Shown here one piece after another: positions 35,662 to 48,243 of a stretch of DNA of 64,000 nt. The notes beneath the pieces were generated by a model. It was not told the origin of the DNA. It saw only the letters and a program-made list of their open reading frames with translations, and ran no database searches. The translations under genes and the position numbers were made by a program. Every line of letters starts with the position of its first letter. Positions within the stretch are counted from its first letter, which is position 1. Origin of the DNA: Chara braunii (taxonomy: Eukaryota; Plantae; Charophyceae); NCBI GenBank assembly GCA_003427395.1, contig BFEA01000031.1, positions 833,528-897,527 on the forward strand, written 5' to 3'.

Positions 35662-36510
35662 CTACCCTTTTCTTTTATCGGAATGAGAAGGATTTTCAAA
35701 GGCCTCTTCGCGAAGGAAGTTCTGTGTATGAATGACAACATCACCCACGGTCCCGAGCCGCAATCGCGTGCCTTTCGGATTCACGTTACGGGGACCTGCG
35801 ATATGAGGTTGTTCCTCGTCGATGTTCTCTAAGCTTGCGCAGGTTCCGACGTTTCCTCTTGATTGCCCGGCGGGATCGGTATCATACATAACGGTGGATG
35901 ATGACGATGTCAATGTCAACCCTCTTGCAACCCGGGCGACATTCAACGGCAGCGCGATTACGTCTGAGTCGTCCTCTGGGTCGAGAAGTTTACCCGCAGC
36001 TCGTTTCGCTTCCCTTCGCGCTTCCCTATGCTTCCGTTCGCGAATCTTCTTCCTTCTCCATGCCGCCTGGATGGCACATGCAGCCCACGTCTGCCATTGC
36101 TGAGAATAACATCGTAGGGTGTGCTGGATCTCTTTCGAGTGCAAACGGCGGAACTGACTGGCAACATACTTGAGGTCGTCAGCGCCAAGGGAAAACGCCT
36201 CCACTTCGTCCAGAATGAGCACTCGCCGGGAGGACTTTGGCAAGCTGTCATGTTGGCTTTTTGGCTCGAGTGCCCACGTCAGCAGCTCCTCACCACAGAA
36301 ATCGCCAGCCCGTAATTGTCTGGTATTCAGAAAACCCGTCCGGCCACCATTCGTCGTCGAGCTCTCCATCCGTCCCTTAATGATGAAAAGCATTGACTGT
36401 ACTGGGTCGTCCTCACGAATCATCACCGTGCCTTCCACGAACATAGCTGGCTGTAGACACAAACAGATTGCATCTTGCAGGTTGCTGTCCATCTTCTCAA
36501 ACAGGGGGAC
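35662..36510 (-). CDS. CNGC: Cyclic nucleotide-gated ion channel, CNBD/CaM-binding IQ exon (probably last coding exon)
   Basis: VPLFEKMD...IREDDPVQSMLFIIKGRMESSTTNGGRTGF...GDFCGEELLTWAL...VASQFRRLHSK...TWAACAIQAAWRR; AG acceptor at 36511-36512. Confidence 0.95.
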   Translation of the reverse strand, partial: VPLFEKMDSNLQDAICLCLQPAMFVEGTVMIREDDPVQSMLFIIKGRMESSTTNGGRTGFLNTRQLRAGDFCGEELLTWALEPKSQHDSLPKSSRRVLILDEVEAFSLGADDLKYVASQFRRLHSKEIQHTLRCYSQQWQTWAACAIQAAWRRKKIRERKHREARREAKRAAGKLLDPEDDSDVIALPLNVARVARGLTLTSSSSTVMYDTDPAGQSRGNVGTCASLENIDEEQPHIAGPRNVNPKGTRLRLGTVGDVVIHTQNFLREEAFENPSHSDKRKG

Positions 36511-36519
36511 CTACGGATG

Positions 36520-36853
36520 AAGCATAGAGAGAAGGGCGGAACACAACAAAGTGTCAGAAAGGAATACAGGAGGGGTGAAATCACCGAGCCCAGCTCGCTG
36601 AACGGTACACACATGTCACTGTTGTTAAACGGATCAAGGGATCGAGTCCTCCTGGAATCGAAGCCATGCAATACGTTTAGGTGTTACAAGCATAGAGAGA
36701 AGGGAGGAACGAAACAGCATGAGAAAGGAATACAGGAGGTGTGAAATGACCCAGCCCAGGCCGCTGAATGGTACACACGTGTAACTCTTGTGAAACAGAT
36801 GACAGGATCGGGTCCTCCTGGAATCAAAGGCATGCAACACGGTTAGGGGCTAC
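36520..36853. repeat. Two-copy ~167-bp tandem duplication next to the CNGC splice acceptor
   Basis: aagcatagagagaaggg...cctcctggaatc...ttagg repeated. Confidence 0.85.
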
Positions 36854-36854
36854 A

Positions 36855-37100
36855 CCCTTGAAAATTATGTATAGGGCCGTCCTCTTGAATCATCTCAGTG
36901 TCTTGTACAAACATGGCTGGTTCCAGAAACACAAACAGATTGCATCTTGCAGGTTGATATCCTTTCCCCCCCCCCCCCCCCCCCCCCCCCCCGCGAATCT
37001 TCAGTGGAGGGTGCCGCCTGAGGTAGTGATAAGAGCATCCACCTCAAGTGGGCCCATTCATGAAGGCTCCATTCTCAAACAGAGGGATCTATGAAAGCAA
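36855..37100 (-). pseudogene. Degenerate duplicate of the CNGC exon 5' end and acceptor, interrupted by a ~107-bp insert
   Basis: cacaaacagattgcatcttgcaggttg identical to ~36458-36484; ttctcaaacagagggatcta mirrors the exon start. Confidence 0.8.
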
Positions 37101-37334
37101 ACACAGATATTTTTTTTTTTTTTTTTTTTTAAGAAGAAGAAAACCACGCTGTCTTAGATAAGGGAAGAGATCTAAATCATCAAATATATAACCCCAAGAA
37201 GGAAAATACTGAAATAGGGAAGAAAAAAAAAGGGAAAAAAAGGGAAAAAAAAGGAAGGAAAATAGGGAGGAGAGGGGAGGACATACAGAAGAACCTCAAG
37301 TTGCAGGTTGCGGTCAATGGTCTCAAACACACGT

Positions 37335-37410
37335 ATTTACTATTCAGTATTTACTATTTACTATTTACTATTTACTATTCAGTATTTACTATTTACTATT
37401 TACTATTTAC
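37335..37410. repeat. (TATTTAC)n minisatellite
   Basis: Seen directly. Confidence 0.9.
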
Positions 37411-37658
37411 AAAATGAAACAAGCTTATAGACACAAAGGGAATAACGTGATAGGACTCTCGTCCTATTTCGTTCGTCTTCAATATTGGAGTAACAGTTGA
37501 TAGAGACGGTTGGGGATATTTGTACTCTCCCGAAAGGGGAAAAAAAGAAATATAGACGATCGAGAAGGAAATATGGACCCGGTTTCCAGCTTTTCATTGT
37601 TGCCGTTATTGTAGCATGCTGGACCAAGTCTTCACTGTTGTACTTATTTTGGGATGCT

Positions 37659-37818
37659 GTCCTTCGGGACATCCGTTTAAATCGGAAGTTGGAAGGATAC
37701 AGAGAAGATTAGCATGGCCCCTGCACGAGGATGACATCATGACATGCATAAATCGAGAAATGGTCCAAATTTTTACACGTGAACAGCCGAAAAAAAAGAA
37801 AAAATGAACAGAAAAAAG
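37659..37818 (+). pseudogene. U6: Full-length U6 retrocopy with the same 8-nt insertion, A-rich tail and candidate TSD
   Basis: U6 match through ggtccaaattttt; TSD ttattttgggatgct (37644-37658) / ttattccgggacgcc (37819-37833), differing only by C/T. Confidence 0.88.
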
Positions 37819-40800
37819 TTATTCCGGGACGCCGGGATCCAGTTTCCACCAGGCGCAGCTCTCCACCAAAAACAGAGATGGGGTTTCACTCCACAACTCA
37901 CCAAATGTGCAAAATGAGAATGAATCTTCCGCTAGAACATAGAAAGATATGCCGCCATATTTTGTGTCTTTTGTGCATGTTGTGAGTAGAGGAGTGAGGC
38001 CCATCTACAGAAAAGCAAGCAGAGAGAAGAAAGGAAATACACAATTTCAAGAGGGAAGCACAGTGGCAAGAAACAGACATAAAGACTAACCATGAAAGTT
38101 AGGTAGTATTACCGTAGTAATGCACAAAAGGGACTTGACGAGCCAAACGATCCATGGAGGAGTTTCAAAAAATGCAAAAGCATGAAGTCCAGAGGACAAA
38201 TAGGACCTACAGAAGAACCTAAAGAGTGAAAGCGGTATACAGGAAGATCTGAAGATTGTAAAGGGATTACCAGAGAGTGATTTGAAATAGAAAAGAATGA
38301 GTTGAAGGCGAGAGAAGTGCTATGTGCGTTGTTGAAATCGCAATTCAGTTGAGCTCTACCATGTTGCCATAAACACGCAGAGACAACGAATCCGAACTGA
38401 CATGGAGAGAGATTCATACCACGACCAAGATAGATATGCACAGCGGAAGCTCCGGCAACCAGAAGAATTGAATATACACCATACTCGCAACTGCACGAGT
38501 CGCACAGCCGTGCGGCACGGTGCACCGCGCGAGCGTGGAGCCTGCCCGTGCACTGCACCAGTAACAATTTCTGTTTTCTTTTTTTTTCCTTTGCTGTTTT
38601 CGTAGATGCAGACGAGTGTATTAACTAAGGAAGAGATCCTGCTCAAGTACAGCAATGCAAAGTAGCCTCCTTATGGTCCTGGCTCCATATCCATTCTGGG
38701 GAGCATCAGTCCGGTTCCTATTCCCCAGGCAAGTCATAGTAACAATATTACATCATGTACCCACTCACGCATCCTTCCGTCTGGCTGAAGGATCCCTGAT
38801 CAGCATTGATTACTCCACTTGGTGGAGGATTGACCGTCAGCTCGCCTTCCCCAGTGATTCTGCTCAGAGTCCTCATCAGAGACCCTGTCAGATAGACTTG
38901 AACGCAAGAAGCAACAGGAGAATAACTGCTGTGAGTCTTAAGTGACATGACCAGCTTGGTTGTAAGTGTGCCCATGGTCATATGTCCGAACTATGTAGCT
39001 CTGAAGTCTTGAGGCTGTGCGAGATGATTGCCCTGTTCTGTCTGCAGCGGGCAGGAGCTGTGCCAGTCTTTCCATCTGAGGTGAAGTCCGTGAATGCTCG
39101 CAATGTTTCCATTGACCCGCCATACTTTTCGTGAACTTTGCCAGAATCTCTTGCTGCTTCTCCTGATTCTCCTGGAGTTGAATCCTGGCTTTCTTCCATT
39201 GGGAGAAGACTTCAGTCTCCGTTAAGGATTTGGTCATTGCCCACACCTTTTCACATGAACTGCTGGAGTTGTCAAATGCTCTGCTGCACCTTTCCTCCCA
39301 TATGACCCAGAGCGTCACCTTTCGAATCAAGCCAAACCCTACTTTATTTTCCCATTACTGGACGATTGCCCCGATTTGAGGTGCCAAACCTTTTCCCGTC
39401 AATGTGAACCCTTGGGGAAGATCAGCAGCTTGTTATCCCCAGACTAACTTTATCCGGTGCGCTCCGACTTGTTAAGGCTACCGTTTCAGGAACGTTGGTC
39501 CAGAGGAGTAGTTGGATTGGGTGTTCGGGGAAGGAAGAAGAAAACAGGTAGTCCCAGAGAGCGGATGCTCGTGCCCAGTAGTCGGTAGCGGCCTTGCATG
39601 TGATCAGGCAGTGTATGGTGTTTTCCTGTTCATGGTCTGAGCACACTGCACAGAGATCTGAGCTGTTGGGGTCATTCTTGTCTCCTTCTAATGTGTAGCC
39701 AACTGTTCACGGGTAGTGCATTGTAGGCAATGAGCCACTGTAGACTTCTTATTTTGACTGGTCGTATTGATTTGTATTTCAGCCAAGGAATTTTTGATAT
39801 TTGTCCTGCTTCCTGGCCCAGTATCTTGTTCCACCTAACTTTGATAACTGGATCTGGGTCATTCGTCTTTAGTAGCATTCTGTAGCCCATTTTGACTGTG
39901 TATTGTGTAATGTGAATAGGAGTTTTGCAAAATCTGTTGTTACCGGGGGACCATGCCCACTCATCTGGGTAAAACTCTAGTTCTTGGATTGGTGTTTCAA
40001 TTTGGAAGATTGTTTTTGGCCAATTACCTAATAAGCTAATACTCTTATTTTTCGGAGTGTGAATGAGCTCAGGACTGACTGTTGTGGATCTGTGTTGTAG
40101 ATGCATGGAGACTCGGGATTGGTTAGGTCTATCGGGAATGAGGTGAAGACCCCCGAAAAGTCTGATCACGGAGGTCTGTGGAAGAATTTGTATGCCCTTG
40201 CAGGCATCGTCTCCTGTGGGGGTACTCCCCATTCGCCTGGCTTCCAAGAGAAGTTCTCTTTGAGTAAGTCTTTCCATCCATCTGAGATACTATTAATCAC
40301 TGTTTGCAGGTTTTCATCTCTGTAGTGGCAGCCCTTCATGCGTGATTTAATCGTTTCCTAGTCAATCCAGTCCTTTCTCTCTTCATCCCAAATGTGGCTG
40401 ATCCTCCATACTCCATGCTTGATCCACGAGAGCCATCGCTGGCTGCCTGAAAGTGAGAGTGAGTGATCACTTGCGCCTCTGACACAGGGGTTCCCTAATA
40501 GGGGTTGGCGTAAGACTTCCTCTTAAGATTTGGGTTTCTTGTTCTTTTGGGGCATAATTTCTGTCCATACAGAGTTGCACGCGCCAACGGTCGGTGCCCC
40601 CCAGGCGGTCGTCTGCCGACCGCTGAACGGTCAGTCGGTCGGCGCTGACATGTCGGCGGAAGTAGGGCTGCCGCACTTTCCTGGGGTGGCGGTCCGACCC
40701 GCAAAGGCCCCGTTTTTGGGGTCTGGGCCGGTCAGGGGGTGGTCGGCCATTCGCCCTCCGACCGTAGACACCGACATTCCCACGGTCGGTGAAGTTCAAA

Positions 40801-41161
40801 ACACTGTGGCTGCCCACATTCTTCTCACTCACTCGCAGTGGCATTGTGGGCAACCGTGAGTGTGGGCAGCCACAGTGCCAGGGGGAGGTGAGAAGAGTGT
40901 GGGCATTTGTGTTTGGGGAGGGAGACATGTGCAGCGTGGAGGGGATGGGGTGCAAGCATGAAACTTGCAGAGAGAGAGAGAGTGAGGTGGAGGATTCCAC
41001 TGACCTAGTTGGAACGCGAGATGTCTTTCGCCAGCAATCGTCGTCCTCAGCCCGTGACATGAGCTCCACCATTCAAGAGAGGCTGCAGCTTTCAGCCTCC
41101 TCCGGTCAGTGTATGTGTGTGTGAGAGCTCAACAGGAGTGAGAGCAAGGCTTCTTCTTCTT

Positions 41162-41193
<32 letters not shown>

Positions 41194-41647
41194 CACCATC
41201 ACCCACCCCCATTTCGGTTTTTTTAATTTATTCAGAAATTCGTAGGGCGGTCATCATCCACTCCATCTTCTTCTTCTTCTTCTTCTTCTGAACACCATCA
41301 CCCACCCCCACTTCGTTTCTTTTTTTTTTATATTTTAAAATTGGTAGGGTGCTCATCATCCACCCCATCTTCTTCTTCTTCTTCTTCTTCTTCTTCTTCT
41401 TCTTCTTCTTCTTCTTCATACCATCATCACCCACCCCCACTTCCTTTTGTTTTTCTTTTTTCTTCAATTCGGAAATTCGTAGGGTGCTCATTATCCACCC
41501 CATCTTCTTCTTCTTCTTCACTGAAGTGCAATAGCAAATAGTCAACCCTAATTCTTCTTCTTCTTCTCCATTGAAGTGCAACAGAAAATAGTCAACCCTA
41601 ATTCTTCTTCTTCTTCTCTCCCTAATCATCCAACCCATCTTTTTCTT

Positions 41648-41679
<32 letters not shown>

Positions 41680-41846
41680 CACCATCATTCACCCCACCTC
41701 GTTGTTGTTTTTTTTAATTCGGAAATTCGTAGGGTGCTCTTCATCCACCCCATCTTCTTCTTCTTCTTCTTCTTCTTCTTCACTGAAGTGAAATAGCAAT
41801 TAGCTAACCCTATTCTTCTTCTTCTTCTCTCCCTAATCATCCACCC

Positions 41847-41878
<32 letters not shown>

Positions 41879-41939
41879 CACCATCACCAACCCCCACCAA
41901 CCCCCACCAACCCCCACCAACCCTCACCAACCCCCAACT

Positions 41940-42948
41940 TGCAATGAACCCAGAACGTGAAGACAGTTGTCAACAATGCAAGCCCAGATAAATGTTCATC
42001 AAATGATGATTACTAATAGTCAAAATCGAACCAGACAGAATGAGGTGAGGTAATCATACACAGACGAAGAGAGAGGAGGGAGATGAGACAAAGGAGAGGA
42101 AGTACAATGCCCACTCCTGCTTCGGGCTCCCTCCTCATCACCACCTCAATAATCAATAGTCTGAACGAGTATCCGAAATAGCCTCGATGTGCCACGTGGC
42201 ACGTCTAATCAGTCCCGCATCAGCATCTGGAGCAATGTCGACATGAAGACCACCAGGTACGTATCCTCGAACTCTCCACAGTCCTGGTCTCCTCCTGAAG
42301 TGACGACGAAACAGAACAGCAATGCCGATTACGTAGTCCCAGCCATAGAACACGTGGCAGCAGCCACGTCAGCCAATGACACATGTGGCAGCAGCCACAT
42401 CGGCGATAGCGCATGGCAGCTGCCGCGTCAGCAAGCCAAGAAGACAGGAGCAAGCCGGCCACCATGCCGGACTAGCAGCGCCTCGCCAAGTCACAATGCC
42501 AGCGTCGCAGCGTCTAGCCAGCGTTGAAGTCAATGCGTGAAGTCAGCATCAACGCAAGACAGAATGAATGTCAAAGCCAGGAAGTCAGTTCTTATGTAGT
42601 GTTGACGCGTGGTCTGGACCCCGGATGCTGTATCCCTCGGCCGTCCAGATCTCGATGTGAACGAAGGCCCAGATTGGCCTGAAACTGAATTCCCTCCGGC
42701 CTGGATGCTGTCTGGGTACCTGCGCACAATAAGTGAGTGTATCCAACCAAGGGCCTGCGGTACCTTTGACTCTACAGTTGACTTTGACTCTTGAATTTCC
42801 TGTGTGCAGCATTCGGTCACACAGCCTCGCTCGACAGACTCAGGCCTGGGCGTGTCTTGGTCACACAGCCCAGCGCAGACTTACTCAGGTCTGCGTGGCT
42901 TGGGGCTGAGTTCAGGGCCCCAGGCTACTTCTGAACAGGGCTATTACA
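41940..42948. mobile_element. Probable solo LTR nested in the hAT element
   Basis: tgcaatg...tattaca termini; 4-bp direct repeat aact on both sides. Confidence 0.5.
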
Positions 42949-42956
42949 AACTCGTC

Positions 42957-42987
<31 letters not shown>

Positions 42988-43996
42988 CCAAGGGAAATGA
43001 GCAATAGCGAGATGACAGAATCCAGATTGCACAATCACATTGAAAGCCAGAAAGTTCCAGTGTCCAGAAAGTAGCATTGCACCAATAATACACCGATTGA
43101 GAATCATAACACTGAAACCGAATGTCAAAGAGAGCTTAGTAGCTTACTCTCGTCTTCACCAACGTAAGAGTCCAGGCCCTTCTCCCTACTTGGCACTCGG
43201 CACCCAGACTACTCCCACACAGCTACTGTCTGCCTAAGAATTGACAATGCAACTGTTGACGTCAGCAGCCACCGAAGTACATGAAGATGTCACCCAATGC
43301 AGACCATCGCCAATACCAGGTATGAGCCCTCACATCATCATCCTCATCACTAGCTCTCTCTCTCTCTCCCTCGCCTGTCTCCCTTGTCTTCCCTCTGTAC
43401 ACTCGAAGACCACCGCTGCGCTTTGCTGTATGTCCAAGCCCAGCCAGCTATGGAAGCTGGGCTATGGCGCTGCTCTCAGCTGCGCCCTTCCTCCCACACG
43501 ACCACACGTGCACAGCACCTTGCCCCAGCGCTAGCAGCAGCACGCGAGCAATCGCTCCAGCAGAGCTGCCGCAAACTGGCAAGTGCCCGAATGAGCTGCC
43601 AGGCAGCGAACTCTTTCCTATATGGAAAGAGTCTGGCCTGGCCTGTGGCCTGGCTAGGCTGGGCCTGCGCCCAGAAGCTTCCGGTAGGCCCCAGGTAGCT
43701 GGGCCTCTGCTGCTGCTGCTGGGCCTCGTTCAATTACACCTCCCAACTGTCTGTGTATGTTGCTGCGAATGTGGCCCAGGGCCTGCATTTCAGGAAAGGC
43801 CTAGAAGGCCGCGGAAAGTATTCGCTGCTCGGGTCCTGGGTTCCCTCAACCAACTGACGCGACACAACTGCCTGAACCCCAAATACGAAATTGACAGCAT
43901 TCGGCCTCTCGTGATTTGTTACGCCCGCCTTCACCTAGGGCGGGCACACTTGCATAAGTGGCCCCTTAGGCCTGCCGAGGAGCCACATCCTCGCAA
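42988..43996 (-). repeat. Second copy of the ~1-kb dispersed repeat, flanked by TTA-rich runs
   Basis: Reverse complement of 18726-19705. Confidence 0.85.
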
Positions 43997-44055
43997 TTAT
44001 TATTTTATTTGGAAATCCGTAGGGTGCTTATCATCCTCAATACGCACGGTTTTTT

Positions 44056-44087
<32 letters not shown>

Positions 44088-44418
44088 CACCATCACCCCC
44101 CCCTATCTGTTTTTTTTTTTTTTGGTTATAAATTCGGAAATTTGTAGGGTGCTCATCATCCACCCCATCTTCTTCTTCTTCTTCTTCTTCTTCTTCTTCT
44201 TCTTCATTGAACTGCAATAGCAAATAGTTCACCCTAAATCTTCTTCTTCTCATCCACCCCTTCTTCTTCTTCTTCTTCTTCTTCTTCTTCTTCTTCTTCT
44301 TCTTCCACTTCTTCTTCTCCACACCACAACCCACCCCCACTGTGTTTTTTTTTTCTGAAATTCGCAGGGCATCATCATCCACCCCATCTTCTTCTTCTTC
44401 ATCTTCTTTTTGACAACC

Positions 44419-46852
44419 ATGGCGGGTAATCGGGGACCATTCGAGCCAGATACTGGTGAATCGAGAGAGGAACTGCTTAGGAGGTCTGATGTTTGGAAAT
44501 GGGTGGACCGAGGGCAGAGGTTGTTGGGCGGTACGTCGCATGGCAACTGGAGATTGCGGTGCAGATTGTGCAACAAAGATTTCACCGGAACGGTATCGAG
44601 AGCGGCGAAGCACTTTGTCCAATCGTACGACGCTGCTCGCTGCCGGCACAGCACAGGGGAGATTGTTGCTGCGGTCTGCAAGTGCCACCCATCCCAAGAA
44701 ATCTGCCCAAAGATGATGACCAAATTGAATGAGTATTACAGGACGCAGGGCTGTCCGCCGTCGCGGCGGACCCGTGGATCTGGAGCCAGATCAACCACCC
44801 GGGGTTGAGGGTGGGCATGACACACCTTCGTCAGGGGGAGATTGCAGGCCTGGTCCGGCGTCGGAGGATAGGAGCGGCATTGGTGTTGCATCGACCTCCG
44901 TCGGGAACAGAGCAGCCACCACTTGCACACATGATGAGCTGCCATAAGAGATTGCCGAGCACCTGCGGACTGGCTTCGCTCGCCCACCACGACCTCTATC
45001 GGTCGGTGTGGGGCGGCAGCAATCATCAATGAGCGGTTTTGTCATGGATGAGCTGCAGAAAGAGTTTGACCAGGTGATTGCCTCATTCTTCTTCAAGAAC
45101 GCCATTGCATTCAACGCCGCAAGATCAGATTCCTATAAGAACATGGAGACGATCATGAACGAGGCGGCCAAGTCACGGAAGATGTTGAAACTGCCAGGGT
45201 ACAACTTCTTGAGGACAAAGGCCCTGCCCGTGGAGTACAAAACTGTGGATGCAGATTTGGAGAAGATCTGTGAGCCATAGGATGTTACAGGCCTTACATT
45301 GATGACGGACGACGACAACCAGCAACAGGCCGATCGTGAACTTCAGTGCAGCCGGGGATTCAGGGGTTGTCATGGTGAGGACTGTTGATATGGAGGGCAA
45401 GGACAAGTCGGCTCCGGCTTTGGCGAGGATGTGGGAGGAGGTCATAAGGGAGTTGGGGTTGCACAGGGTCAATGCCATATGCACCGACTCGGCAGAGGTG
45501 AACATATCCGCAAGGAAAATACTAGCTGAGCACGAAGACCCGGCGATCAGGAGCATTCCTTGGGTGCCATGTGCATGCCATGTGTGCAACCTGCTCATGA
45601 GCGACATTGTTTTAGTGCCATGGATTGGAGAGGTGATTCTGCAGGGCAGGGAGATCACCACCTTCATCCAGAGACATCAAAGGGCTTTGGCGATGTTCAT
45701 GAGGGCTGGGAGGGAGTACAGGACGCAACTGGGCATCAAAGATGGCAAGCCGTTGGAGTTGATCGAGTTAACAACAAAAAGCTAGTAAACATCAGAAAGA
45801 TGGGTATCAGCATAGAAAGATGTATTGATGTACCGAATTGGCTAATACTAGAAGGTTGATGCAAAGTGTTCCAAACCAGGGGAAACAAGATTCGACAAGG
45901 ATCTCATATGAGACCCGGCTTGGTGGTTGACCGTCGAGCCGGCATGCACTTTGCTTCAACCCGTTTTTGCCCTGATGAAGAACATGGACAAAGTCGGGAG
46001 GATGGGGATGCAGATGTGGTCTTTGGGGATCATGTTGGAGAAGAGGATGGTTGTTTTACCCATGGATTGCGAGACAAGGGAGATCGTGATGAAGAAGGTG
46101 AAGGAACGTGTGCGGATGATGGCTCTCCCTGTGCGTGCAGCAGCATGGATGTTGCACCCACTCCACAGATCGCCTAGATTATTCGACGACTTGGAGTCTA
46201 CGGAGCTCATGAACACTCTGGCACACTTTGCTGCAGTTTACACGAAACATTTGAAGGAGTACAAGGAGTGTTGGAGGTCTCTGGAGAGTCTCCATCACAA
46301 AGATCTGGGTGGAGTGCGCCGAACTCAGAGGAGACTTTGAGAGGCACTCCCGTTTGGTGGTTGACATATGGGAAGAAACACAAGTCAATACAAAAGATTG
46401 CAGTCGGAGTGCTTAGTATGTGGACAACCGCCTCTCCATGCGAGAGGAATTGGTCCACCTTCGACCTCATTCACACAAAGAGGAGAAATTTGTTGAGCTC
46501 GGAGAACTTGCAGATGCTTGTGCTCATACATTGGAACAAGAAGTTGCTTAAGATGTCGAAGATGAAGATCGAGTTTGTTAACATCGAGCGACTGGAGTGG
46601 GAGACACTGGAGGATATGGCTCCCTATGATGGTTTCATGCAAGATGGGGAGTACGACTCGGGGGAAGTGAAGAGGAGGGCCACGAACTGGTCAAATCTTG
46701 CAGCCGAAGATCTAAGGCAACGAAACTCGACATTCGGGAGCTTGAGGAGGAGAGGGTGGACGATGGGGCATGGCTCCTTGATCTTTCTTACCGTCGTCGC
46801 CATCTTGCAGATCATGATCGTGGGAAGACCGTTGTTGATGTTGACAGCGTAG
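44419..46852 (+). pseudogene. hAT transposase pseudogene (BED finger, DUF659-like core, hATC dimerisation domain)
   Basis: VWKW...CRLCNKDF...KHF; FFFKNAIAFN; ICTDSA; WVPCACHVCNL; WWLTYG...ASPCERNWSTF..IHTKRRN; several stops and frameshifts. Confidence 0.9.
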
Positions 46853-48153
46853 AGCTTAGCCATGACAGTGAGGATGATGACGAGCTGGTTCAAGTGGAAC
46901 TCACTGACAGTCGGTTGACCAGGAGGTCGGGAGGTGGCTCATCTTCTTCCACACCACGTGACCACATCACGATGTTGGAGTCCTTGCGTCTGGCAGGCGC
47001 TCGGCGGGCACTTCAGCCTTGTTGACAATTGAGGAGGGTATTCGTTCACGACAACGGACTTCAGCATTGGGCGGTTCAGCTTCGCTGCAGGGGACCGCCT
47101 CACTCTCTGGGGGTTGGCGCACGTCGCCCGACACTGGTTGAGGGACTGCACCCGGGGGGTCACCGTATGTCGCCGATGACACTGATGCAGTGGAGGCAGA
47201 TGTGTCTCTTGGTGCAGACAGGGACTGCCCCATTGTTGTTGCTCCAGTGAAGACAGATGAGGTGATAGGTGCGCGTGGGGATGATCCGGTCGGTGCCACT
47301 GCTGCAATTGATGATGGTGTTGTTGGTGCAGTTGACGATGGTGTTGTTGATGTAGACAAGGAGACCGGTGATGGTCCCATTGCGAGTGGCGATGTGTTCT
47401 CCACTCCGGATCCGAGGTTGCGATTGGGGGAGAGATTCACCTCCCTGTTGCCGCCCCCCGTGGCTCTGCACGAGACTTCGGTAAGCACCTGGCTCCGATG
47501 TCCCTAATGCGGACTGATGACGAGTCTAACACCCCCGATTGGGCTAGATTCACCGGACCCACCCCGCCCCCTCCGCGGTTGAACGAGGGCATTCAACAGG
47601 TCGCTCAGGAGGGCACACATTCTAGGTCTACAGGAGGAGGACCCCGCCAGTTCAGGATGGCGGGGCGACCCCACCACACGACATGGATGCACGGCGTGCA
47701 ACGATGCCACCGCCCGACATTGATGAGAGCAAGGTGCACCAAGTGAAAGAGTTTGGCGAGAGGAATAAGGAAAAGGAGGCAGCGACACCCAAGACGAAAG
47801 GCGGAAGAGGGAAGGGGCGCAAGACTGTCACGCCGCCTGAGACCTTGGAAGAAAAGTGTGGTGTTGTTCGATAGGCGAAGAGGAAGAATGCTCAAAGAGG
47901 GCAAAAGAAAGTCGCGGTAACCAATCGATTGCCGAAACGTGGACCGCAGAAGAAGAGGAGACATGTGCAAGGGGACGACGAATCGAGTAGCAACAGCTCC
48001 TAGTCTTCCACTTCTTCGTCCTGATCAGGGACGGCATTGTCATCATCTGACACGAGTAGCAGCAGTGAATGAAAGTGTGGTTTGATAAGAGAAGTGATCG
48101 GGACGACATTGTCGTTATCTGACACGAGTCGCAGCAGTGAATGAAAGTGTGTT

Positions 48154-48243
<90 letters not shown>

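Noticed and set aside
34809-37774. Functional U6 genes
   Set aside because: No shared USE/TATA upstream; insertions, A tails and TSDs point to retrocopies
41150-44405. Lys/Phe-rich ORFs
   Set aside because: (CTT)n-containing tandem repeats in the hAT subterminal region
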